64,000 nt of DNA from Monocercomonoides exilis PA203 (lineage: Eukaryota > Protista > Preaxostyla): NCBI GenBank assembly GCA_001643675.2, contig LSRY02000022.1, positions 124,001 to 188,000 on the forward strand, read 5' to 3'. This document shows, piece by piece, positions 1-16,879 of the stretch (positions are counted from its first letter, which is position 1; each line of letters opens with the position of its first letter). The position numbers were made by a program, and so were the translations under genes. A model generated the notes under the pieces. It worked only from the letters and a program-made list of their open reading frames with translations. It was not told where the DNA came from and did no database searches.

Positions 1-1228
1 AAACGCACTCCTCCCAATCATATCTTCAAACAGCTCAATCCATACCAACTCAACTGTCGTGTTCCTTAATTCCCTCATTTAAAAATGTTCATCTTCTTCC
101 TTTTTCTTCATTTCATGGTGCCAATTGGCTGAAAACATCTAAAGAATAATCCTAATATCTAAATAATAAAACTGAAAAAAAAGTTAAATCCTTTTCAACA
201 ATAGAAAAAGAAAAAAACAAACACCTCTGATTGTTTTTGTCCTTTAGAATTTTTCATTTTCGTCCATTTTCGTCTTAAAAAATATCAAAAATCCTTATAT
301 AAATCCGTCAGCTCCGTTTTACATAATATTCCATTTGTTGTTTCATTACTTCGCATAAATATCTCAAATCGCTCAAAATAGAAATACATCGTTAATAACA
401 TTAATTATTTCATCAAAAAGATAACCACAAAAATTATAAACCTTGCTATTTTACACAAAAATGTAATAAATCAATCAATCATTTATTTTCAGATGTTGTT
501 TAATTCAAATCACAAAAAAAAGTAATAACACTAATTCATACTCAAATTATAATTATTTTCAAACAACAATTGCTCTTGTTGGGTGTTGTAATACTAAATA
601 ATTCATTTATTAAAAATTGCCAAAAAATAAATGTTGTAATGGTATTTTCAAGATTTTCTCAATTTCACTTATTTTTCAATAATTCCTTCACACTTCCTTT
701 TCATTTCACCTATTAACACATATTTGAGCTTTTTATTGCTCATACCACAATTATGAAAAAAAAGATCTTTCTTCGAACAAAGTTACGATATGAAAAATAA
801 TGACCCATATAAATTTTATTTGAAGTTCAAAATTAGGCCTCTGCGACACACTTTTTTTGAGTGCAATTTGTCGGTCGAGAAATTATTCATTTGTCGAAAA
901 TTTTGAAATGATTGTTTTTTCCCTAATTTTGCAATTCTTGAAAATATCTGACTTTCCTCAACTTCGCTGTTCCTATGTTTTTTTTTTTTTTCTTTTCTTT
1001 TTTTTTTCCTCACCATAATAATTATATTTTATGTGTTTTGAAAACAAATGAGAAATTTTTGAAAAAACTGGAGAAGATATATGAAAGGAATCAAACAGAT
1101 TGTTGTGTTCAAAAAAATACAATGATTTGGAATGGAAGTTTTTTAGGATATCATTGCTGCTGATGTGGATTTGATTAATAGAGATAATTTTAACGTTGTT
1201 ATTTTAAATGCTCTAAGAAAATTTTCTC

Positions 1229-2812
<1,584 letters not shown>

Positions 2813-4370
2813 AGAAAATTAACTTTCGCATGCTTAACGATCGTTTTTGAGAAGAATTCTATTTCATCTTCATTATTTTCTTCAAAACAATAAAGAAAAT
2901 GATATTTTTTCTTTTTTTCTTTTTTTCTATTGTTTTCTATGTGAAAGAGGGAGAAGAAGAAAAAACAAAAGTTGAAATTTCTTAAATAAACTTATTCTTA
3001 AACTCCTTTTTCGATTTTTTCATTTATTATTTCATCATCATCTTTTTCCTCTTCTTCTTCTATTTGTTTCTCTTTTTCTCACAGTTGTGCTTATTTCAAG
3101 CAGCTTCAATGTGTCGAAGTGCATTTTTGAATAGCCGAAAAGACATTGTGAGAAGAGGTTAACTCACTTTTTGCTGAAATGACTGATCATGCACTGAAAC
3201 TTCTGCATATTTCCTTTTTAATTCTAAGGCGACAAAAAGTGTGTTGTTATTTTTCTTATTTGATTAATTCGATTTTGAAACAAAAAAGCTGTCATATGGT
3301 TCGCTGCAAGTGTTCTTTGAGCAAACAGATCTAAGCGTTCAACGTTTGTTGTTTTGCTAATTTGCGTCGTTGTTCAAAAAATGACTGTTTCTTTTGTTTT
3401 TTTTAGCCAATCTCCTTCCAATTCAAGAATCAGAACTAACTTTCACATTTGTTTGACGCAAGAAGCTCGCAAAGCTCATCAAGGTTTTGTCTTCATATAC
3501 GATCATCACGAGCGGAATGCATCTTTGTTGCAGGCGTGTGTCATATAGCTAGCTCATTGAGTGATTTTGAAACAGGCGATGAAGAAAGAATTGCTCGAGC
3601 AAAAAGACTTTATTGAAGCAGAGCCAGCAGAACTGGATCCTTCGCGAAAGAAAAAGAAAGAAAAAGATCCAAAAGGAAATGAAAGCGGAGCTGAGAACAT
3701 TGAAGATTCAGAAGAAGACAGAAATCCAAAAGGAAAAAGTGACAAGTTTTCATCAAAAAGTTAAGTGAATGACAAAAGAACTGGGAAAATGAAGACTAGC
3801 CAGTTGAAAGGGCAAAAAACAGAGAAGAAAGAGAAAATACCACGCCAAAGCAAAAACATCTTAAGTTCTGATTTTGGAGCGGACATTGAATCTGACGAAT
3901 TCCGTTCTGATAGAATCAGAAGCATAAGAAATGAAGGAGAAGCAGAAGATAATCGAAATCTTTCCAAATAAAAAGATTCAATAGCAGAAAACAGCAAAAG
4001 GAAATGCAGATAAGAAAGCAACTCAAAAGAAGAAGAAGAAGAAGAGCGGGCAGATGAAAAGAACAAATTCACATTTGAAGCGAAAGAAATCAAAGAGGAA
4101 GAGAGGTTCTGATGAAGGAAGCGACGAAGATGATGAAGACGACATGAACATGACAAAAAAGAAGGTGTAACGAAGAAGAAGAAGAAGTAGAAGAAGAAGA
4201 GGGAAAGGGAAAAGGAGTGGAAGAAGAAGAAGAAGAAGATGTCGACGAAGGATAGGAAGAAGAAGAGGAAGAAGAAGAATTCTTTTCAAATGAGCTTTAA
4301 TTCGATGACTTCCGCGAAAGTTTTCATTTGATTGGCTTGCAAAATGCTTCACAATCGTCATCGTCATCAT

Positions 4371-4568
4371 CACCATCACCATCACCATCACCATCACCAT
4401 CACCATCACCATCACCATCACCATCACCATCACCATCACCATCACCATCACCATCACCATCACCATCACCATCACCATCACCATCACCATCACCATCACC
4501 ATCACCATCACCATCACCATCACCATCACCATCACCATCACCATCACCATCACCATCACCATCACCAT
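4371..4568. repeat. (CACCAT)33 microsatellite
   Basis: Perfect hexamer tandem array. It explains the poly-H, SP and MV ORFs in the track. Confidence 0.95.
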
Positions 4569-6193
4569 CATCATCTTATTCTTATTCTTATTCCACACAA
4601 ACTTATTTCTTTTTCGTCTTTGTTGAAAAAGTCTTATTCTGCTTCAATTTTTTCTGATTTTTTTTGATCAATATTCTGTATCTTTTGTTTATTCTGTTTA
4701 TTCTGTTATTTCTACTAAATCCATCTCTTTGCCTTTTCATCCTTGTTGCTATTTTATACAAAAAACGTTTAACTCTTTTTTAATCAGATTCGCATGAAAA
4801 GCAATCCCCATTTCTTCATTGAGTGAATTTTCATTCAAAGAAACATATTCTGCCACATCATTTTCTTCTCCCCTCCCGTTCATTTATGAAAAACGCCTTC
4901 AGCTGGTAAAGCTCAGCACTCTTCAGTTTATACGATGTCAGGCAAACGAGTGCTTTTGCAGAATCAATCTCACTCTTTCCTCCGGATCTCCTTCAAATTC
5001 GACTCTTCAACACGTGAAGTTATTGTTCCAACATTATTCTCATCGCAGTCAAAATGCATGAATGTTCATTTACAACTGTAATCACTTCACCATCTGCGTT
5101 CATACCAGTTAAAGCAGCCTTATTGCTCACAGATCTATAATATCAAAATAAAACTTTTTTCAAAAACTAATTTGAGAATTATTGAGAATATATATTTTTT
5201 AGCTTTAAGTTTTTCAGAAAGAGATATTCCTATTGAATTGTTTTAACGAATGAGATTTTTTTTGAAAAAGAAGGATTAAGATGAAGATGGTTTTATCGTG
5301 TGAATAAGTTATGAAAAAGGTCTGCTTTGAAAGTGCCTTAGAACTTTTCGATATTTGTTCCATTATGTTTTGAAAATTTGAGATGATGAATAAGGAATAA
5401 GATTTGTAACACTTGCCTGTTTTTCGAGTTATGAGAAAACCGAATAAAACCTACAACTTTCAGAATATGAATTGCTTGTTCTTTGAAAAATGAAAGAATA
5501 CCAATCAACAGAATGAATCAACATTTGAAATGAATAAATAGAAATTGAGCGGATTCATTTTGCTACAAGAAATTGAAACGTGTTTGTTTCTGAATACGTT
5601 GTTAATGAGAACAATTGCTGGATTTTTCATTCAAGTTTGTTTGACAATAAAACATTCTATCTTGCATCAAGATAACAAACAAAACACATTCAATTTTTTA
5701 TAATCAGTTGTGTGTAACTAAATACTGAATAACACTTTGAAATTTGAGTTGATAATATCATTTCTGTTCGTTTGTTTGGACATTTAAATATTGAATCACA
5801 TTTAAAACCTATAAGGTTAATCATATTGTAAACAATAAAATCTCAAGGTCAATCACATTCTAAGCGATTTTAAACCTCAAAAAAATAAAGCAAACATATC
5901 TTTATTTGATGTGAACTTCAATATTCAAAATAAATAAAAGAATTACGAGTTTATCTGTTTCTGAAAAGCCAAAATAATGTGAGATGAGTTTATATAAAAA
6001 AAGCTCTTGGAGATATTGAAATGTTTCAGGTGTTTGTTATCAAAAATCGTTTATCACTCTGGAATTGCTTTGTTGTATTTCCTGTCAATAAATGAAAACA
6101 AAACTGAATCTCGAAAAAGAAAATTATATTTAACAAAAAATAAACAGTTGCAAACATGTTGATTATTCTGTTGTTATTGAAGAAATGACTGAT

Positions 6194-9100
6194 TCACAAC
6201 AGCAACAAATTGTTCAGAGTTTCCAATGACAAAGAATGACGTTTGTCACCAACAATTCTTCTAATTCTGGAGAATGCTCTCTCGCATGATGCCTCGCTGC
6301 AGGGTGAAGCAACTAAGGCAAAACAAATGTTTGAATAAATATGAGTAATGAGACTTGATTTGCCAATCTCGGTGTAATAAACAAATGGATCATCTTGTGT
6401 TATTGCTTGCCTTCTATCCAACAAAAATGAAGTAAATAACGCCTCTATTTGCGTTTGAAGATCACGACTTTTATTTGAAAGCACTTGTTTGACGTAATCT
6501 TCAAATCCGCTCTTCAAACGCAAAAACCAATCGTTAAAAATGACTTTTTGGATATCCTGTAGAATTTGAATTCTTTGTTCATGATCGCTGATGTTTGAGT
6601 GAGAAATTCTAGCATTTGATCCAAGATCTATAACATCTTCGTCTTCACTAAAGATTAACGTTTGATCATTTTCCTTATCCATATCTTCTTCCATATCTTT
6701 TTCATTCAATAAGAGCTTATCCTCTTGATAACTTGCTGAGCGCGTGGTTATCGACTTATCAATAAAGCTTCTTTTTTTTTCGATAAATTCGGAAGTTTTG
6801 AATTCATCATCTTCTTCTAATTCCTCAGCCTCTTTCAATCCAAATGTTTCTTCGAACAAGTCATTTGAATCTTCGTCTTCGCAGTCGTCGTCTTCGTTTT
6901 GATTTGTCACATCAAATTCTTTATGGTCACTCCTTTTCTGCAAATATTCAATGTATTGAAGAATTTGAAAATAGGGCAATGAAGAATCTTTTCTCGAAGA
7001 CAACTCCTCTTGTTCCGAACTTTTTTCTTGAAGCAAAGATGAAACCGTGGATAAAGAGTGCTCATCATTAATTTTTCTTTTTTCATACTGTTTCAGTGCG
7101 TCATGAAATCCTTCGACAGTCAATGAAGAAAAAACTGGAGGTTCTAGGAGATCAAAAAATTTTGATTGTTTATCGGAAAAATAAATATTTTCTTCTCTCC
7201 TTTTTGATTCATTCGGGGAACAGGTACAAGTCGTTTGAAACAGTTTGAAGATAGAATTCGATGAATTATCTTTATGAATTGATAATTCATGTTCACAGAT
7301 TGGAGGAGCAGATGAAGAAGAACATATTGAAGCTGACTGAAAAACAGAATTAACAGATGACAAAGGTGATGATTGATCACAAGAATTTGAGTGTTTTTGG
7401 CTTAATGATGTTGGGTGTGATAAAGAATTTGAAATTTCTTTATTTGATATTTTATTCAATTCAACAAATTCTGATAAATACGAATTAATGAATAAACTCT
7501 GTTGATATTGTTTTGTACCAATCGGAGTGAGTGAAAAAGCCAAGGCAAACATATTTCCTCTTTTTCCTGATAAAGTGTAATTGAACAGATTAATAATAAT
7601 ATTGCACAGGCCTCTTTGCCATTTCTCTTCTGAAAAACAATTCAGATCCAGCATCCAATAGTACTGAGCAAATGTTTTGAGCAGAAGAGGAAAGACATTT
7701 CCAAGTTTTGTTAACTCGTTTTCAAATTGTAGTTGTAATGTTTGAAGAGGAAACAAAAGAAGTTCAAACTTAGATACTTCAATTAACGAGATATCTTTTC
7801 GAATGTCTGAAAAAAAATCGTTGTCTTTGTTTTTAAATATGAAATTGCAAATATTGAAAATGCAAAGTTATCTTGTTTGAACGAACGCTGGACAGATTGG
7901 AATTGACGGGTTCTTAACAGCTACTGCTCTTGATGATCTTGAAAATTGAATTACACTTTCTTTCAGTTGTTCAAAAAATGGATCACTTTCAAGAAAGTGA
8001 GAAAGAACCAAATTGACGATGTGATTGCAACAGCAAATAAAAAATGGGGGTACGAAAACACTTTGGGTTGTTACCTTTCTTGTTGAACAAATATTTGATA
8101 ATTTTTCCATTGCTAACCTCTGAGGAAGTAATCCATCAGTACAAAAACAACGGATTTCTGATGAAACAGCTTTGATCTCCTGCGATAATTCAACTGCCAG
8201 TTCATAATAATCGCTTGTTGTTGAACAAGATTTTTTCAGTGACCAGAACATTGATTTTTCTTTGAAGTCTAAAGGGATAACTGTAACAACTGTGTATTTT
8301 TTCTTTGAAACAACACCTCCATCGATCATTACTCCGACCATCGAATTGGCAATCTTTTCATTTCTTTCCTTCTTTTTCCTTATTCCTTCCTGTTTCATGA
8401 ATGCTGCAAGTTTCCGACATGTTAAATGTGGAAAAATCATATTTGGTGTTAGTGTTGGATTTTGTTGCGATTTTTGAATTTAATTTCTAATGAAGGAATT
8501 GAACTCAACGGAATATGAAGACAAAAATGCGATGTTGCAATGACTGATCAATCTTAAAAATTGCTCTAATAATCCCCCGAATTGATGATGTTGGGTTGAC
8601 ATGATTGAATATGTTGTTTGCTCCGAAGATTGCTGAGCTGTTCGATGATTGATGAAAGAAAGCATTGTTGATTTATTCAGTAATGAACATTTATGATCAG
8701 ATATTTTCTTTGATCCTTTTCTTGCAGAAAAGCCACAGTCAATTCCAGATTTGCTATTGACGCATATATAATGATGATGACCATCTTTTTTCAGAGATCC
8801 ATCTTTTAAAACAGGTGTGTATGCAATCCAAATACTTCCTTCACTTTCCACGAAATGCACCTTTCCAATTTCTTCTCCACTTTTGTTGGGGTGAAGATAA
8901 TCTTTGAATAGGTTAAAATAGAAATAACAGAAATACAAATTATGCATACAATTTCCATTTATTGTGACTTTTGACAAAACAAGATTAACAAAGGAACAAT
9001 TTGCATTTTTTAACTCCTCACATTTCTTCGTAAAAACAGAAGGCTATTTTTCATGAAAATAGAAAAATAAAGAATTCACATTTAAAAAAGAGTTTTAAAT

Positions 9101-9210
9101 GAAAGTGACACATTAATTTTTGTTTTCAAAGAGATTTTCAGATCGATTGGAAGTGTGGAAGTGACTGCTTCTGGATCATCATCTTTCAATGAATCTGAGA
9201 AATTCGACAT
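6194..9210 (-). pseudogene. hAT transposase pseudogene
   Basis: ORFs 8480-8977, 7868-8440 and 6194-7756 share one frame, broken by TAA stops (8480-8482; 7868-7870 replaces the W of the conserved TRW). Motifs: IDGG (D1), CTDG (D2), CCNHIVNL (CxxH), C-terminal SEASCERAFS (catalytic E/dimerisation region). Probable short 5' exon from ATG 9210 followed by an intron (inferred). Confidence 0.9.
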
Positions 9211-9624
9211 AGCGACAACTCGACTGATCTATGTCACTCGACTGATCTCGACAAAGATCTGTCGATGACCCATGAAAAAGTTTTCAAATATCAAATTTTT
9301 GGTAAGAAAAAAAAATTTTTTTTACTAAGAATTGTCTTTTTTAAAAGATATTAATATTATTATAATAATGAGCAACAAATAATTATTTATTCTTTATTTT
9401 ATTCTTTTTATTGAAAAAAAACATAATAATTATTATGTCGGTCGATTTGTCGATATGTTTGAAAAATGTCGGTCTGTCGCAGAGGCCTATTCAAAATCTT
9501 AATTTCATCAATAATCAATTTTTTATTTTTTATAACTTCTTTAATTCAGAAATGTTTGTATTAAAATTTTAAATTTTTTATTGTGCAGATGAAATAATTG
9601 ATAGATATTCAATTTTTTTCGCTA

Positions 9625-12600
9625 ATGAACAGTTTGAAGAGAAGCAAAAGCGGAAGGCCGAATAAGCGAGGGAGAGGAAGACCAAAAGTTAATGAGTATG
9701 CTTTAATCTCAATATGTCCAAAGTAACACTTATTTTTATAATTAAATACACATTTTGTTGTTAATTATTTTAGATCAAAAACACAATTGAAAGTGAAAAA
9801 AAACAAAGAAAAAATAACCAATAATGGCGATGATAATGATGAAACTAATTTCGATGAAGAAGAATATTCAAATGAAAGTTCATCATCTTTGTATTGCGAA
9901 GATGAAACCAAACAAGCATGTTCTTCATTTCAAGCAATGGAAAAAGTCAAAATACGTCGCAAAAATATGTTAATTACAAATAATAATTTTCAAAATGAAA
10001 AATTTTTTGAAAAACACGATATTCATGAAGTGCCCATTACGTGCAGGAGAAAACAAAACGATTATTCCAACATATTATTTTATTTGGGTCCAATGGAATT
10101 TGAATGTTATATATGTGGGGCACTGCATTTCACCTCTGAGATTCAAAGAAAGAGAAATGGAATTCTATATTTTAATGACTGTTGTAGTGGATTACACAAA
10201 CCTCTAATCGATATCGATCATTTTCCAGATATTCTCCGTTCTCTTTTTAATCATGAGCATCCAGAAAGTGACAATTTTTTTGAAAATATCAGAAAAATTA
10301 ACTGTTTACTTGCTTGCGGTTCTTTTTATGCAGAAACACCAGATTATTTCTCTATGCAATTTGCTATAAAAGGAGAAACGAAGAGAAGAGTTTATCAAAT
10401 GAATTCATTAAATAATGATGATCCAAAGTTTGGTAAAGTTTTTATTCTTGACACTGGAGAGGCAACTGGAAAAGTTAAAAGAAACATACATAATAAGCGA
10501 GTTTCTTTTAATCTATTTTCTTCTCTATTTCAATGGTTCCGAAATTCTAATCCCTTTGCAAAAAGCTATAAAATGATGAATGATGTTTACTCAAAGGAGC
10601 GGAAAAAGGCAATGGAAATGGGAAGAAAAATGAAAAAAGTTTGCCTCACCTTTGATCCGGAAGGCAGAAAACTTGGGAAAGAGTTTGCTGCTCCGCAATC
10701 GAACGGAGTTGCTGCAGTATTCGTCAGTGAAGATGGGCTTCCTCCTGTGCAGCGATGAACCATATATGCTGAAGAAGACAAGTTCTCAACTATTGCCATG
10801 AACGATCCTTTGTGTGATCCACTTATTTATCCTTTGTTCTTTCCAAATGGAGAAGTTTTCGAAGACGATAAAAAGGAGGAAGTTAAAAAAGAAGAAAATT
10901 CATCAACTGATGATGAAGTTGGATTTTCAGATGAGAATCAAAGTGATAATAACAAATCGTATTCAGATAATGAATATGAAATGAAAAAAAAAAGAAGATC
11001 ATTCAAAACAAAAAAAAAGAAGATTCAGATCAAATATTAGAACACATGCACTCAACGTTATTGCTATCAGAAATTCATGGTCTCCAATTCATCATGGAGG
11101 GAAAATATTTCAACAATATATTGTGGATTCATTCTGTCGAATAGAAGGAATGAAGACTTTGTACTATCATACACACCAACAGCAAATGTTCGGAGGTTAT
11201 TAAAATCAATTGAATGTCGCGTTAAATAGCAACGATTTCAATGTTGATACTCATTCATCCTCTCCCTCTTCCCCATCTTCCTCATCTTCTTTGAATCAAA
11301 AAATGTTGTTGGGAAGAAGAATAATACTTCCTTCCTCATTTGTTGGAAGTCCCCGATAGTCAAAACAATGCTATATGGACGCCATGAGCATAGTATCAAA
11401 ATATGGAAAGCCAGATATCTTCATGACATTCACGTGCAATCCAAAATGGACTGAAATGATCGAGAACATCGCTTCACCTCACATACACCAAGCGGATAGG
11501 CCAGATCTAATTGCTAGAGTATTCAAACTCAAGCTGGATGAATTAATGAGAGACATAAAGAAGGGAATACCATTTGGTACACTCAAAGCATATGTATATA
11601 AAATTGAGTTTCAGAAAAAAGGACTCCCGCATTGCCATTTGCTTCTCACTTTGAATGATCAAAACAAACAAAGAACATCAGAGGATATTGATAAATGCAC
11701 ATGTGCAGAAATTCCTCCTCTCAGTGAAGATGGATCAAATAATAATTTGAGAGATATAGTATTGAGGCATATGGTTCATGGACCATGCGGGCTCGATAAA
11801 CCAAATGCCCAATGTATGGCTGATGGAAAGTGTCAAAAGCGTTTTCCGAAACAATTTTGTGAAGAAACAACCAAGGATAGACAAGGTTTCATTAAATACA
11901 AAAGAAGAAAAGGTGAAGTGGTTATATAAAACAAAAAAGAAATTGATAATAGATGGATTGTCACATACAATCCCCACCTGCTTTGAAAGTTTAATGCTTA
12001 TATCAACGTTGAAATACGTTCCTCAGTTTTCAGTGTGAAATATTTTTACAAATATGTGTACAAAGGGCCAGATAGAGCATCCATGAAAATTTTGAACAAA
12101 GAAATTTTTTCAGGTTCAGATGGACAAATAACAATCACTTCCTCATCCGCATCTCCATCCGCATCGAATTCATCTTCGACGATCTCTAATTTTGAAAAGA
12201 CAGAAAATGAAAAAGAAAAAAGTGAAACAGAAAAAATTGATGAAATCAGAAACTATATTGATATGAGATATGTTGGATCCCCAGAAGCATGTTGGAGGTT
12301 GTTCGAATATTCAATGCAAAGAATGTCGCACACTGTAGTTCGTTTGGCTGTTCATCTCCCTGACAGGCAGTTTGTTTTCTTTCGTTCGGGAAAAGAATAT
12401 GAAGCCATGGAAAATGCACAACACAGAGATACAACTCTGACTGCCTTCTTTAAATTGAATGCTGACAGTCAAAAGAAATATGGAGAGAACATTTCAGATG
12501 ATCCTCATGATTCAAGATCTTTGACATATTCAGATGTTGGAAGCAAATTCATTTTCGACAAAAAAACTTATTCCTGGAAATATCGAAGTTACAAATTTAA

Positions 12601-14506
12601 AATAGTCACAAGGTTGTAAACTGTCAGTCCAAGATATCAAGAAAGATATTATCTTCGTCTGCTGCTTTTAAATGTTAAAAGTCCAACATCTTATGAGTAT
12701 GAGAAAACATACGACAACCACATTCATAACACTTTCAAGGAAGCCGCAGCATCCAGAGGTTTATTGTCAGAAGATTTAAACTGGGACAAATGTTTGGAAG
12801 AAGTTTCCTCAGTTGGATCGCCAAATCAACTCCGAAAGGTATTAACACAAATTCTGCTGTTCAACAATGTTGTGAATCCAGAGGTATTGTGGAAGAAATT
12901 CAAAAAGAATATGTCCGAAGATTATTTGATGAAAGGAGATGAAGAAAATTCCGCTTATACAAAAGCTTACTACGATATATACTTTAAATTTCGTTCCGAA
13001 AATAATAATCTTGAAGATCTGATATCTGCCCCTCCCAGACCTATACCCATAAAATGCATTGATGATTTATCGCAAGATGATCACATGTTTCTTGCTTCAA
13101 GAAATATTCCTTTGTTAAATGAAAAACAAAAGGAGGCGTTTGAGAGTATCAAAGAAAGCATCCTGAGTTCATCCCGAGGTTCAACAGTATGCAATTGTCA
13201 TTTTTTGGATGGACCCGGTGGAAGCGGAAAAACTTTTCTATATAATGTTATTTACCATTATTTGTCTGCTCATTCAGTTGTATGTCAATGTGTTGCTTGG
13301 ACTGGGATTGCTGCCACTTTGCTTCCAAAAGGGAAAACTGTTCACTCTCTTTTTCGTCTTCCTGTGCCCATTGAGGAACATAATGCAATTTCTCTAATGG
13401 AACTGAATTCAGAAAAAGCCCAATCATTAAGAAAAGTGAAATGTGTTATTTGGGATGAGGCACCAATGGCACCGAAATATGCATTAACTGCTATCAATAT
13501 TCTTCTTCAAGATCTACATGAGAACAAGGATTTTTTTGGAGGAGTTTTGATGGTTTTGGGAGGAGATTTTAGGCAACTTCCACCGGTTGTGAGAGGTGGA
13601 GGAAGGCAAGAAATGATTTCTTGCAGTATCAAAAGTTGTGATCTATGGAGTTCGTTTCAGGTCCATTCCCTATTAACAAACATGCGAACAGGAGCAGATG
13701 CAGCATTTGCTAGCTTTCTCAGAAAAGTTGGTGATGGTGATATATCGATCATGGATGAAAACAAAAAAATTGATGTTCCACGGTGGAGAATAAATGAGGA
13801 TCAACTTATTCAATGCGTGTTCGGAAACAAATTCAACGACATGGAAGAAATAAAAATGATGAAAGATCGTTGTATATTATGCACAAAAAACGATGACACA
13901 TTTGAAGTGAATAGTCAAATACTAGATCTTATTAATACAGAATCAAGAACTTACACCAGTGCAGATTCAGCAGAGTTTGAAGATCCCAATGACGATTACA
14001 CATCATTTAGTATTGAATATCTTAATTCACTGACTCCTTCTGGATTGCCACCGCACCAGCTTCGTTTAAAGGTTGGAGCAATTGTTATTCTTCTCAGAAA
14101 TTTGGACCTCGCAAATGGCCTTTGCAACGGAACAAGGCTAATAGTGGAGCAGCTGGGGAAGCAGTGTATTCGATGCAATTCAATTTCGTATTCATTTGAT
14201 AAAAATTCTTCTGTAATTCTTGCTCCAATACTGACAACAGCCAGAGACAGGACTCCGCCATTTTGTCTCAAACGCCTGCAGATCCAGGTTCGGGTTTCTT
14301 TTGCTATGACCATTAACAAAGCGCAAGGGCAATCTTTTTCGCACGTTGGGTTGTATCTTCCAAACCCAGTTTATTCTCATGGTCAACTGTATGTTTCCAT
14401 GAGCAGATGTCATTACAGCAAAAATTTATTTATTGCTCTCCCTCAGAAGAGAAAATATAAACAAAACAAGGTTGTTAACATTGTATATAATGAATTAATT
14501 CAATAA
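9625..14506 (+). pseudogene. Helitron Rep-helicase (HUH endonuclease + PIF1-like SF1 helicase), decayed
   Basis: N-terminal AT-hooks (GRP, RGRGRP) after ATG 9625, likely intron 9723-9773, Zn motif CYICGALHF…CC. Rep motifs FMTFTCNPKW, GLPHCHLLL (HUH), KYFYKYVYKG. Helicase motifs GPGGSGKT, WDEAPM, GDFRQLPPV, FAMTINKAQGQS, HGQLYVSMSR. In-frame TGA/TAG/TAA stops and frameshifting near 11.0 kb. Confidence 0.95.
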
Positions 14507-16879
14507 CGAACTGTTTATGTAAACGCTATACCGAAATCAGCCATTTTGACAGTTTGTATTATTTTATATTATTTAATGCAAAATAAATATCTTCGCTGTT
14601 TATTTAATTAATAGCATTTTTTTCCACTATTAAATTTCCATATTTCTTTTTTTTTCTTTTTGATCCATGACTTTTTTCATTCAAATATGATAAATATAAG
14701 TTTGATCGATTAAATATATTGTTATTTTGAAGAAAAAAAGCAAAACATTAAAAAATAATCAAATTATTATACATGCAGAAACCAATATCAACTTTTAAAG
14801 AGGAAATATACGTCAATTTGTTTTCACATAAGGAGAAAGAAAGGTTTTTGCATTTATTAATTCAAACGCAGTGACAATTTCTATGTATAATCATGAAAAT
14901 ATTACATCAACGATTTTTTCAGCTCTTTGTTGAAATAGCTGTAGTGTATTTTCAATTATCACAGTTTTGTTCAATTATTGTTTTAACATCATTTATGTTA
15001 TCAGAGAATTATTTCGAAAGAACAATTTTTTCTATAAAATAACACTTCTCTGACAAAAATTTCTTGATGACTAATGTTTTTTTATTGCATTTCTTTTGTT
15101 CATTCATTTTGTGATTAAAAAGTTTTGATTTCATTCGGAAAGAGAAACATTGAATTATTTGTTTTGTGGATGATATCAAATTCGTGTTATAATAAGAATA
15201 ACTTTGTCTAATAATCAAAAAAGTCACTATTTCAAAATAGTCCAATTTTCTGTTGAGTTTTTAATCGGATCGTGGATTATTCAATTTCCCAATTCTTCGA
15301 ATAATATTTTCTAACTTAAAAGAGCAATTTCCAATAACGTAGTTATGAAATTTTCACAAGTTAACTTTGCTATAATTTTTTGGAAAAATCGAAAAAAAAA
15401 GCTGATCTTTTAAAAATAAACAGTTTTTCATTGTGATAATGTGAATTTATAAAAAAATCACAAAATATTAAATGAATATTTAAAGATTATATGAAATTCC
15501 AAAAACAACATAAACATAACATCAAAAAAAATTAATTTTCTTAAAATATTCTAATCTTTCATTAATTACAAAGAAATACAATGAAAACCAACAAATTGAC
15601 ACAACATTCCAATAATTTTATGAAAATCGGTTCAAACATTAGAAAAACAGATTGTAACAGCCAATTCTTTTTAAAATGAATTTAATATTGAAAAAATATA
15701 ATATAGAATGAAAGATACATACATTCACTTCATGCTATTTAATTCCCGAAGTGTGATCACAAGCACTCACCTTTTGGCACCTTCTTCATGCAGCTGAAAA
15801 TTCAATGGATAAAATGTGCGTTTTGATTATCAACAATTGTATCAAAGCAACATACTGCAATTAAAAACATGTAACGTACACACAAATTTCACGAAAAATA
15901 CTTAATTGACAAAATAAACACTTTTGACGTTTTCATAGATAAAATCATATTATTATGGGATGATGTGATCAATTTTTATTTTTTTCAACTTTTTAAAATT
16001 TATCAATTTTGAGTATTAAAAGTTAATTATAATCACATATAAAATAAATTTGACTGTTTAAAATCAAATAAAATCTTAAATTTCAGTATTCTTTATCATC
16101 TTGAAAAGACTTGAAAAGTTTCATAGAGAATTCTATCTTTTTTTTTTCAATAAATAATTAAATAGCTCCAACAAACAAATAAACGTGTCAAGCAATTATT
16201 GAAATGCAAAATGTTATATTTTCTGCTAAGCCTTTGTGACTTAAAATAATTATTATTTCAAGTCAGTCAGTGACTTATTGATAATAGATCAAAATATTAT
16301 GATCATTTCGTTTCCATAATATAGAGTGAAAAAATATAAAGAAAATTACTCTGCGCTAATACGGTGATATAAATTCAAAATTGGAATTATATCATATTCA
16401 ATTTTAACATTTTTGCTTTTTTTACTTTTTCAAAATGTTGATTTCTAGCCATTTTGTGCAAACTGACAATTTGTTTTTATTTCATTGTTTTCATTTCATC
16501 CGTTTGATAATTCATTCTGATTTTTTAAATGCTTTCTTTCTTTTTAACAAACTTCTTTGTTGTGTTTCAAAAAAGATGAATACTGCTTATCTTAGTATAC
16601 TTTTTTTACGAAATTAAAGATTGTGAAAAATTCAACATTTCATTGCTTATTACTATTAAATAACATTCAAAAAGAACATATGGAACAATAAAAGAAATTT
16701 TGATTAAAAAAATAAAACGTTTCATCCATTTTCCCACAAAATTTCTCTTTTATTAACAATGCAAAATAGCACTTTCATCTCTTTCTTGAACCCCAATCAT
16801 CTTTCATGTTCTTCGTTGTTTTTGCTAATTTATCAATTTATATAAAAATATTTTTTCTCGTTTTGTTTTATTATCAAAG

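Noticed and set aside
4023-4667. Poly-His, (SP)n and (MV)n ORFs, and similar (SL)n/(ER)n and poly-F/K ORFs elsewhere
   Set aside because: They are translation artefacts of microsatellites.
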